Shown here piece by piece: positions 45,826 to 56,220 of a DNA stretch of 64,000 nt. The stretch covers positions 57,288,001 to 57,352,000 of the forward strand of contig OZ024740.1 of assembly GCA_964016885.1 (NCBI GenBank), given 5' to 3'. Position 1 is the stretch's first letter; each line of letters opens with the position of its first letter. The notes beneath the pieces were generated by a model. The model saw nothing but the letters and a program-made list of their open reading frames with translations, had not been told where the DNA came from and did no database searches. Both the position numbers and the translations under genes were made by a program. The stretch is from Eledone cirrhosa (taxonomy: Eukaryota).

Positions 45826-46110
45826 TTAGTCTACGACTTCTGCTATACCATTTACGTGGTTTTGTCTTTGCGTGCTATTATTCTCCACGCTCCACATATG
45901 ACGTATTATCTTCGTTTTTTTTCGTTCATTGCCAGGGAACGTCTCTATGAACCACCTAAGAGAACATTAGTCTACGACCTCTTTTATACCATAAACGTGG
46001 TTCTGTCTTTGCGCGTAATGGTTTTCACCGCTCCTATTAATGACGTATTATATTCGTGTTTTCCCGTTCTTTGCCAGCGAACGTTACCACGAACCAAAGT
46101 ATCGTCTTCC
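45826..46110. repeat. Diverged tandem duplication of about 140 bp upstream of the family H hammerhead
   Basis: ttagtctacgac..tataccat..acgtggtt.tgtctttgcg..tgacgtattat occurs near 45826 and 45967. Confidence 0.7.
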
Positions 46111-46159
46111 TGTCTTCCTCCGGTTGCAACGTTTTTTGAAATATCCACTTCTGCGTTTA

Positions 46160-46233
46160 CAGATTGACTTTGTTAGTTTCAGAAGATCCCGTTAAGGGTG
46201 AAAGCAGCGATTCTTTGCTTAAACTTTAATCTG
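46160..46233 (+). ncRNA. Type I hammerhead-like motif, family H, variant core CAGAAGA
   Basis: cagattga..agttt-CAGAAGA-tccc(gttaa)gggt-GAAA-gcag(cgattct)ttgc-TT-aaact-ttaatctg; all three stems close. Confidence 0.68.
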
Positions 46234-46364
46234 TTATTTTAATAAATATTTGCTCTACGGTTCTTATATATTTGATATATATTTATCCTTATCGAGCCCT
46301 CTTTGGATTTTAGTCTTCAAATTTATTATTATTACTATATATATATATATATTTATTAAAATAA

Positions 46365-46438
46365 CAGATTAAAGTTTAAGCAAAGAATCGCTACTTTCAC
46401 CCTTAACGGGATCTTCTGAAACTAACAAAGTCAATCTG
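46365..46438 (-). ncRNA. Inverted copy of the family H hammerhead-like motif, within repeat 46349-46446
   Basis: Inverted repeat of 46152-46249; the one difference seen turns a C-G into U.G in stem III. Confidence 0.68.
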
Positions 46439-46442
46439 TAAA

Positions 46443-46487
<45 letters not shown>

Positions 46488-46769
46488 TAGACCACACGTG
46501 AATAATTAACATATACACAGACATATATATACACACACACTCACACATATATATATATATATATATAGTATTAACGATACTATTTATGGTTATGTATATA
46601 CTAAAACTTTTTATAGTTATATATATTTTAAACCCTAAACAGTGAGAGTCAGTAATTTCTTACTACCTTATTACCAGTAAGATAATAGCTCAATGTAATA
46701 ACATCAATTGTTCTACAGAGCAGTTATATAGAATTCACAGGATTCAAAGCTATGTTCAAAGCATTTATT

Positions 46770-46816
46770 CGCCTACAATTGTTTCATCCAAACCGAGGCT
46801 TGGAGTCTTCGGAGCA
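46770..46816 (-). ncRNA. Type I hammerhead-like motif, family I, variant core CCGAAGA
   Basis: tgct-CCGAAGA-ctccaagc(ctcg)gtttggat-GAAA-CAATTG-TA-ggcg. Confidence 0.62.
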
Positions 46817-47982
46817 TTTTTCAATGTTTGTACACATACATGACCTCCTTTCCAACGCAAGAGACATACAGATACATATGCATATATTGATGTACAGTGG
46901 GGTGACATATATTATATTATTTCTGAATGGCAATTTAAATTCAAAAACAAAATCACATTAAAACAGAATCAATTAAAATTAAAATACAACATCAATGCAA
47001 AATTAAAATACAATCGGCAGTTAACGTAGATAATGCAAGAGGATAGTTTGTTAGTCAGTTGTAGTAGTTATTGTATGCATTAGTTACACGTGGGGCATGC
47101 ACGTGTGTCCTATTTATATATGATTATTGTGCGGCAGGGTGTAACATGTAATACAAGCACTTTAAGCGGGTAATCAAGAGTATTATGGAGGTTGTAGTGG
47201 TAAGGTATTTTTTGTATATGATAAAGAAGCTTGTGTGCAGAAAAATAGTATAAATGAGAAGCAAAATAATGTTATGGTTTTTGTATACACCACCATTTTC
47301 ACATTCAGGGAACGTAATATATAGTTTATAAGTCCTTCACATAATTAACGATGATTCCGTATTGGATGTTTGATGTATTAAGTTAAATTATTATAGCTTG
47401 TGGCTCAGTGTTCTTTAATCCAATTTTATAGAGCAGGTTGTTTCTGTTGCGAGAATTTACATCGTTTTATTATCCGAAAGTATGTGTGTGATTAAGGGGA
47501 GTTAATGTGTAAGAGGAGGTAACTAGCTGATTTCTATAACTAAATTTATTATTCCAACATACATTAAAAGGTGTCTCAATTGAGTCCCTTATATAGACGG
47601 TTATATAGAGTTTCCAATTTTAAGTATCCTATCTTTAATTAGAGTCTACTCTATCATGAAGTACTAAAGATATTAGGATGATTACTCCCTATCATAGAGT
47701 GCTACAACTGAATATTCCATGCGAAGAGTCAGATCTTCATATCGAAGTTCTTTGCAAATGTAGTCTACTCACAGAACCTGCCAGGGGCCTTATTAGAGCC
47801 ACGTCTATATAACCCCTGGTAAGCTCTGGGTCAGCGTATGGCTGACTGCATGGCAAAACTAAATATCTCTAGGGTAGACCAAAAAACATTTCTCACTTAC
47901 AATGTCATTAATCTATCTATCAAGTTATACATGCATATATAACTCACATACAGCTTGTACATAATTCACTGTACTCAACATA

Positions 47983-49373
47983 TCTATATATATAAAACTG
48001 TGGTTGTCTGTCTGTCTATCGATTTTTGGCACACATCTCTCTTAGAATCTCTCACGGAATTGCACCGAAATTGCTATACTTGTACATTGAGCCCTAGCGA
48101 AGACATCAGAAAAAAAAATTTCAAATTGACCCACCCTATGTGACGAAATCGAATATAATGTATCGATTTTTGAGCGTAAGTGATCAGTTATTTCCCTTTG
48201 TTCTGTTTACATTGAGCGTCTTACGTAAAAAATTACGCTGGCTTTAACAGTTGTCGAGCCAGCAAAATATTGACCTGCAAAATTCATCAGTTCGAACACT
48301 AAGCTTCCGTTTTGCTTCATTTCCATTTAAAAGCCTTTTAAAACAATATTTTTACTTGAAAACAAGTCTATTTAAAGACTACGTAAAACAAGCAAATATT
48401 TCGTCGTTAGGCGTGCAGACAGACAGTCGTGCAGACAGACAGTCGTGCAGAGAGGTGATATAGGCGTGCAGACAGACAGTCGTGCAGAGAGGTGATATAG
48501 GCGTGCAGACAGACAGTCGTGCAGAGAGGTGATATAGGCGTGCAGACAGACATAACTGATAATTTGGTTACGCTAATGTTTTTCTCTGCGTTGCAGTGTT
48601 TACATTTTCGATCTTTGTTAATAAATAACCAGTGCAGTTTCTATCCCCAGCATCCTCTTTTGTTATAACATTCGGGTTATCGTTATGTTTTCTTAACTTC
48701 ATAAGGCATATTGTTGGTTGAGGGAATATTAATCAAAAACACCACATGCAAGTCTGCACAGTAGACACTACAGTTTTTAAGCCAAGAAAGAAACTTAACA
48801 TTGTAACTTTAACACAGCTTCATCAGTTCGAACACTAAGCTTCCGTTTTGCTTCATTTCCATTTAAAAGCCTTTTAAAACAATATTTTTACTTGAAAACA
48901 AGTCTATTTAAAGACTACGTAAAACAAGCAAATATTTCGTAAAAAAAAGCAAAAATTATATAAGTTTATTTAAAATATATGTATCTGTAAATTTCGTTAG
49001 GCGTGCAGACAGACAGTCGTGCAGACAGACAGTCGTGCAGAGAGGTGATATAGGCGTGCAGACAGACATAACTGATAATTTGGTTACGCTAATGTTTTTC
49101 TCTGCGTTGCAGTGTTTACATTTTCGATCTTTGTTAATAAATAACCAGTGCAGTTTTTATCCCCAGCATCCTCTTTTGTTATAACATTCGGGTTATCGTT
49201 ATGTTTTCTTAACTTCATAAGGCATATTGTTGGTTGAGGGAATATTAATCAAAAACACCACATGCAAGTCTGCACAGTAGACACTACAGTTTTTAAGCTA
49301 AAAAAGAAACTTAACATTGTAACTTTAACACAGCTACTGAGCGACCCCGAGCAACGCCGGGCTTTACTGCTAG
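47983..49373 (+). mobile_element. Non-autonomous Helitron
   Basis: Starts A|TCtatatatataaaa, ends with hairpin cccgagcaacgccggg followed by CTAG|T; no TSD; internal tandem duplication of about 535 bp (48283, 48819) and short subrepeats. Confidence 0.85.
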
Positions 49374-49709
49374 TAGGTTATACAGCTCTCTTATGTTAAT
49401 AAATTAATCCTCTATTTATCTAATGATAGCACTCCATACATACAGCTACATTTGCACAAATAATTCATTGCTGAATTCGGTGTTTAAAGTTTACATATAA
49501 TTATATAGTGATATAATACAGTCTAAGTAATTGAAAGTAATTATACTAAAAGTAGGTGTACATGGGGATATTTCTAGGGTAAAAGGTTATAGATAGATGG
49601 AACGAATTGTGTTAGGATAGGGTCGATCAGTGAGTGTGGAGTTGTGGTGTAAGGTGTGCCCTTGAGGTGTAGTGCTAGAAGTGGTGATGGATTCAAGCCT
49701 GACATTGCT

Positions 49710-50505
49710 ATATATTGGGTTTAAAGTTTTGGAAGGAGTGTCGGAAGCGGTGCTGGCATGACGCGAACACTTCCGATTTTTTATTAAGGAGGTTATGGTT
49801 TGAGAAGATAATAGTATTGGTCTCTAGTAGACAGAGGTTACAAAATTTATTAGGTGGTTAGTACGATGTCGCCTTACCTATCACTTCCCATTTAAGTGTA
49901 TAAGATCTATTTTTAGTTTTTAGATAGTGTATGTAGCTAGATAGTGAAGTGGAGTTGGCTAGACTGTGTTTTTTGAAAGAATGGAGGTGCGAATTGTATC
50001 TGGTTTTGAAGCAGTTTGAAGTAGAGCCTATATAGGTTTCAGAAGAGTTGCTAGTTGTGACGTTGCATGAGTATATGATATCCTTGATTAAGCATTTTTT
50101 AGCTAAAGGGCAGGTTCTATTAGATCTACAGTTACAATTATTTTGGATGTTGGCCTGCCGGTTATTATGTTGTGTAGAAGTCTGGATGATGGTTGTTGCA
50201 TTATGGTTATGGGGGTTGTCGCTCTCAGCGTTATTGCTTACATTAGTGCTATTACTATTATTACTATTGTTATCAGGGTTAGTTGATATAATGTTATTTT
50301 GAAGGTTTACCCCCTGTTGTGATTTAGTTTGTTGGAAGTAAGAATTAATTTTTCTTTTATTGCTACTAGCTATGTGGTATGCTATGTTAGGCGTGGTAGA
50401 GTAGGAGATTTTAATTGTGTTTTTGTTGAAAAGGCTATGGTACTTGTGGCCAGATAGGAAGTTTTTGTCCAGGAGTGAGAAGGAAGCCTTAGGTAGGTTG
50501 GTGGT
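49710..50505 (-). pseudogene. PLE linker + GIY-YIG endonuclease
   Basis: LLDKNF..LFNKNTIKISYS, CNCRSNRTCPLAKKC, IIY..YIGSTSNCFKTRYNSH; after a disruption CNLCLLE..LLNKKSEVFASCQH. Confidence 0.85.
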
Positions 50506-50611
50506 GTATATATATATATATATATACACCACCAGCTGTCTGTTTCTCTCTTCCGTTCTCCTTCTCTGTCTCCCCTCTCTCTCTCTCTCACTCTCTCTCT
50601 CTCTCTCTGTT

Positions 50612-50745
50612 TATGAAGGTACCCGTAAAAAACCCATATCTCGGGATCCCGTGCTCCGATTTACGCCAAACTTGTTTTATTCCATTTGTATTCCCATTTC
50701 AGGGGCAACTTCCTTTCAAAGTACTTTCCCCTTATGCACCCTGTT
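50612..50745 (+). mobile_element. Possible mariner-like terminal fragment
   Basis: tatgaaggtacccgtaaaaa start and ttcaaagtactttcccc resemble mariner ends; no second TIR seen. Confidence 0.25.
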
Positions 50746-50834
50746 GGGTGTATTATATTACAGACAAGCAGGCAAGCAATCACAGAGTTTTAGTAGTATA
50801 TAGATAGATATGTAAATGTAAGTATGCACACGTA

Positions 50835-50870
<36 letters not shown>

Positions 50871-50966
50871 CATATATATATACATATATATATACATATA
50901 TATACATATATATATACATATATATATATACATATATATATATACATATATATATATATACATATA

Positions 50967-51228
50967 TGTAGGAGGTGAGTTTTATTGTAGTACAATAAAG
51001 CAATGCAGATATCGGATAAGTAGCACTCTACAGTTTGTGGGACTGGAGTATAAATAATATAAGATCAAAAGATGGTTAAAAGAGTTCCATGTATTTTATT
51101 ATGCGCATTTCAAAAACAAATATCATCATGAGATGACATTTGCGTTTTCGTCAGATAAAATAGGGAGACATGATATGAAGGTTAAAAAACACTTGTGAAT
51201 AGTGCAGTTTTAAATCAACATATGAAAT
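50967..51228 (-). mobile_element. Diverged copy of the family A pseudo-LTR 3' end
   Basis: Matches 5421-5680 and has the same endpoint against a TA tract (tgtaggaggtgagtttt). Confidence 0.85.
51092..51162 (-). ncRNA. Type I hammerhead ribozyme, family A (diverged copy)
   Basis: tattttat-CTGACGA-aaacgcaaatgtcat(ctcatg)atgatatttgttttt-GAAA-TGCGCA-TA-ataaaata. Confidence 0.88.
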
Positions 51229-51683
51229 ATTTAAAAGAATAGAGGTGTAACACACAAGTTATTATATATTGATAAACGGAATAGAAAATGCTGACAAATT
51301 GTTCACAGTGAAAAATAGTTTAATTAGGATTAAGTGAGAATTAGTAATTGTATTGCTTAGTATTCAGTTTTGGTTTTAAGTTTTACCGGTTGCGCATTTC
51401 TAATGCTTTTCAAAAATAATTTTGAGCTAGAGCGTCCCACGCACCCTTGGTATAGAGATATATATGAGGACATGATTGTTAATCGTATAAATTTGTATAT
51501 ATATGCTGTGAAACTTTTATAACGAGTGTATACCAGTGATTAAGAGAAATTATTTACGTTTTGTATGGCTATATTGTTGGCTTGAGTAAACATAATTTCT
51601 ATTTTCAGGACGTGCGTATCTATATGTATGTATATATACATATGTATTTGTATGTTTTTGCATAAAATACTAATCTCTATACC

Positions 51684-52475
51684 AAGGGTACATTTTGAAC
51701 TCAGATTTTGGTATATTGATCTCAAGTTTCTAAATTAAACATATGGTCATTATTGAACAATGTTTAATTTCTCATATTATATATCTATGTCCCATTCATG
51801 AATATTGATACTTATATTTATATTTTTATTATTCATTTCATAGAAATTGTTAACTTAACTTAATATGACATGACGTAAAGTTGTCACTGTCCCCCTCCCT
51901 CTATATAGTATTTCTCTCTCTTGAGTTTCTCTTTCTGTATGATGATTTGATATCTCACTGTTGCTTTCCTTTGTTTTTCTTATTCCTTTGTTTTTCTTAT
52001 TCCTTCCTTTTCTTTCTTTTTTATTTCCTCCTATCTTTATCTATCTCTTTCTTTTCTCCAAACTTTTCTCTCTCTCTCCGATATTTCTCCAGGTTTTCTT
52101 TCACTTTTCTTTCTCTCTCTCTGTCTTTGTTCTTTTCTCTTTCTTTTTCTCCGTCTTTTTCTAATTGTGCTTAACACTATGACTTATTAAATGAACAAAT
52201 CACTATCCAGACAGCCTCCAAAAGTAATGGTTGTATTTTAAAGGGTACGTCAAACCTATTTCTAAAACTGTTATATATTGTATTTTGTCTGATGAAGGCA
52301 TACCATAATTTAATGTGGTATCCCTGAAATATGTATAATGAAATAAATATGGTTTTATAAATATAGTTTCCATTTATTAATTTCGTATATCTACTCCAAA
52401 AATTTGTCGACTGCTTTATATCAGTTATAAAAATATTTACTTGTTGTATCCCAACAATTTTAAATAGGACTTTTG
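51684..52475 (+). mobile_element. PLE pseudo-LTR/3' UTR (family F)
   Basis: Paralogue of 1905-2628 with an intact hammerhead; ends at a TA/TACA tract. Confidence 0.7.
52281..52345 (+). ncRNA. Type I hammerhead ribozyme, family F
   Basis: tattttgt-CTGATGA-aggcatacca..tggtatccct-GAAA-tatgta-TA-atgaaata. Confidence 0.85.
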
Positions 52476-52594
52476 CATATATATACATATATATATATAT
52501 ACATATATATATATACATATATACATATATACATATACATATATATATATATACATATATATATACATATATATATATTCATATATATATATAC

Positions 52595-52641
<47 letters not shown>

Positions 52642-52650
52642 CATATATAC

Positions 52651-52681
<31 letters not shown>

Positions 52682-52776
52682 CATATATACATATATACAT
52701 ATATACATATATACATATATATATATACATATATATATATATACATATATACATATATACATATATACATATATAC

Positions 52777-52841
<65 letters not shown>

Positions 52842-52854
52842 CATATATACATAT

Positions 52855-52949
<95 letters not shown>

Positions 52950-52964
52950 CATATATATATATAC

Positions 52965-52995
<31 letters not shown>

Positions 52996-53789
52996 CATTT
53001 ATATATATATACATTTATATATATATACATTTATATATATATACATTTATACATATATATATATATGGTGGCTGCCAACTCGTTTTCGAGTACGGCCACT
53101 ACTTTATATCCATGTAGGAGAACTCCTACCAATGCGCTGAACGAGTGTGACTTTTTAGTCCAGCCAGCGACTTGAAAACTCTGGTACAAACACTACACTT
53201 GTGACAATTATTGACACATAGTGCTGGGCCCATGGTACCATGTGAGGACAAGTGCAGAGAGATCTCCAGATATAAAGCAATGCCTGTGCCGTGAAGCTTT
53301 TATAGTGAGCAAAGGCACTGCACAAAGCCAGTCCCACTCTCTTAACCAAGATGATATTTACCAAAAAGAAGAACAAGTCAACATCATTGGATACCATCAG
53401 GGTTGCAGGTGTTATATCAGAGTTTTCCTTCTCCTAGAATTCTGCCTTGACAAAGGCTAAGGGGTCATCTCTCCCGGTGATTTTGGATGGCCATTGACTC
53501 TTAAGAGCTCCTTAGCCCTTTGACAGGTTTTGTTTTTAGTCCTGCAGGATGTCCAAAATCACCCTCCTCACCAAGAAACCTTGGTGGGGTTGCCAGTTTA
53601 GTCGCCAACGACCCGACCATGAGACAGGTTGTACTGGGATACATGTTACCAGTAGCACCAACTGGTGACCTGACACAATATATATATATACATATATATA
53701 TACATATACATATATATATATATACATATATACATATATATATACATATATATATATATACATTTATACATATATATATACATATATAC

Positions 53790-53844
<55 letters not shown>

Positions 53845-53845
53845 C

Positions 53846-53896
<51 letters not shown>

Positions 53897-53897
53897 C

Positions 53898-53944
<47 letters not shown>

Positions 53945-53967
53945 AATATATACATATATATATATAC

Positions 53968-53998
<31 letters not shown>

Positions 53999-54023
53999 CA
54001 TATATACATATATACATATATAC

Positions 54024-54054
<31 letters not shown>

Positions 54055-54161
54055 CACATATATATATATACATATATATATACATATATATATATACATA
54101 TATACATATACATATATATACATATATACATATATATATATATACATATATACATATATAC

Positions 54162-54206
<45 letters not shown>

Positions 54207-54207
54207 C

Positions 54208-54254
<47 letters not shown>

Positions 54255-54341
54255 CATATATATATATACATATATATATATACATATATATATATATACA
54301 TATATACATATATATACATATATACATATATACATATATAC

Positions 54342-54373
<32 letters not shown>

Positions 54374-54440
54374 ATATATACATATATACATATATATATA
54401 TATACATATATATATATACATATATATATATATACATATA
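52476..54440. repeat. (TA)n tract with TACA interruptions, split by the element at 53065-53678
   Basis: Direct reading. Confidence 0.93.
53065..53678 (-). mobile_element. Short internally deleted (bipartite) RTE derivative: 5' UTR-like part joined to the last zinc finger and the 3' end
   Basis: 53126-53197 (minus) encodes [23 protein letters not shown], like [23 protein letters not shown] ending at 1395; same 3' hairpin; upstream ggagaaggaaaactctga is typical of RTE 5' UTRs. Confidence 0.72.
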
Positions 54441-54792
54441 TAATAACTTTTAAATTAATCAATAAACATTTGGATAAACTACGGTGTGTTTTCTCTTCGA
54501 ATGCTGTCCAGCAGCAGCAACAACAACAACAGCAGCTACAACAGCAACAACAGCTACAACAACAACATCAACAACAGCAGCAACAACAACAACAACGACA
54601 ACAACAGTGTGAACCACTCCTTGATTCATCAACAATGGCCGATCTACTAAATGAAACTATTGACCCCCCAGTAGCCTCTGTCTCACAGCATGAAACGCCA
54701 CATCCTTTCTCTGGCCCAGCAGTCCAATCATCACACTGCCAACATCTCTGCCAACATCTCTGCCTACTACTACTACTACTACTACAACATTT

Positions 54793-56184
54793 TTGTCTAC
54801 TGCTATGTCAAGGAATTTACCTTCTAATACCAGCACAAGAACTCTCCCTCCCACAGTCCACAAAGGTCGTCAAATCCTACCCAAACCATCATCTACACCT
54901 CTCACAACACACACACCCACATACCCACCCACTCGAAACCCCATCATTTGCCGCTACTCTCTACGCTATAGAATATGTACGGATAGTGGCTGCAAATTCA
55001 CCCATTTACCTAGGACAAAACGATCTATCCCCACAAACAGCCACCACCATAATACATACTCTAATTTAACACCAACACAACCACCAATAACTCAAACAAG
55101 GAATCCACAAATCTGCCGTTTTTCCCTGCTAGACAGATTGTGTTTAGACCGGGATTGTCCCTTTACCCATCTCCCGGGGACCCGTCGGACAAATGAAAAT
55201 AAAATTAAAAATAAAAGCAAAAACAAAAACCATAACCTACATAAAAATAACCACTACCACAGTCACCAACAGTCTTCTAAACAGGAAACTTCTTCCTCTT
55301 TTTTAGCCATAATGAATCTGGCAAAAGAACTGGAAAAAAAACATTCGAGCTATCACCCAGCACCACCCTCCACTATCACCCCACTGCACAAACTCCCATT
55401 GCTGCCATTAACAAACAAACAAATTAACAACACACCAAAACAATTAAAACCATCCACTCTCGCCTCTACATTTTTGCTTAACGCCCAAGGCATCAGCCCT
55501 TCCACCAATACTCAAAAATGGAAGATCAAATTCCTGGAGGACTGGATTGATGTCCATCCAAACCACATCCCTTTCTTCGTCCTCACTGAAACCCATCTCA
55601 GTAACCTCCACTTGGAAGCCGAGGTGAAAGTGAAAAATTTCAAAGCCATCCGTGCTGATCGCGCTGGCAGAAGAAAGGGCGGAACTGCCATTTATGTCCA
55701 TAATTCTTTCTCAACAGAGGCTATGAACATATTCACTAATGGATACTGTGAAGCAGTCACTGTATTCAGTCAAACCAACAACCTATTAGTAGTTGGGCTC
55801 TATAGGCCACCCCAAACGCCTGTACCATGCTTCAAGGAATGCCTCAACAGCATAAAGTGTTTCATCCAAGAGTGTCACCCTGACAACATCTTAATGATGG
55901 GGGACTTCAACCTCCCCGGAGTTGACTGGTCCACAAACAGCCTGCCACCAGGTTCTTCTGCCTCAACCTCTGACAGGGAAGCTGTGGAATCGCTTCTTGA
56001 CTTCATGGATGATTTCTTCCTATCCCAACTGGTGCTCGAACCAACGAGGTGCCACAAAAACGTCCTAGACTTAATTTTCAGCAATCACACTGACAATATC
56101 CACAATATTGCAGTGGAGAAAACTCTACTCTCTGATCATGACATGGTTCTCTGTGATCTGAGATTCCACCGTCCAATATACTAA
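54793..56184 (+). CDS. Two CCCH zinc fingers + APE endonuclease (frameshifted relative to RT near 56180)
   Basis: LNAQG, LTETHL, RADR..GGTAIYV, GLYRPP, MGDFNLP, PTR..VLDLIF, SDH. Confidence 0.88.
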   Translation: MSTAMSRNLPSNTSTRTLPPTVHKGRQILPKPSSTPLTTHTPTYPPTRNPIICRYSLRYRICTDSGCKFTHLPRTKRSIPTNSHHHNTYSNLTPTQPPITQTRNPQICRFSLLDRLCLDRDCPFTHLPGTRRTNENKIKNKSKNKNHNLHKNNHYHSHQQSSKQETSSSFLAIMNLAKELEKKHSSYHPAPPSTITPLHKLPLLPLTNKQINNTPKQLKPSTLASTFLLNAQGISPSTNTQKWKIKFLEDWIDVHPNHIPFFVLTETHLSNLHLEAEVKVKNFKAIRADRAGRRKGGTAIYVHNSFSTEAMNIFTNGYCEAVTVFSQTNNLLVVGLYRPPQTPVPCFKECLNSIKCFIQECHPDNILMMGDFNLPGVDWSTNSLPPGSSASTSDREAVESLLDFMDDFFLSQLVLEPTRCHKNVLDLIFSNHTDNIHNIAVEKTLLSDHDMVLCDLRFHRPIY

Positions 56185-56220
56185 CCCAATGTCATCTCTC
56201 CTGTCCATCCGTTTGACGCT

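Larger units (their letters stand above)
46570..50505 (-). mobile_element. 5'-truncated Hydra-clade-like PLE with a long 3' UTR interrupted by a Helitron
   Basis: GIY-YIG at 49710-50505 and a same-strand hammerhead at 46770 near a TA tract; continuity of the UTR is inferred. Confidence 0.6.

Noticed and set aside
48405-48552. Short direct repeats as a CRISPR array
   Set aside because: No unique spacers, eukaryotic context, inside a Helitron
54470-55069. Poly-Q ORF as a host gene
   Set aside because: (CAA/CAG)n in the LINE leader; it overlaps the LINE ORF out of frame
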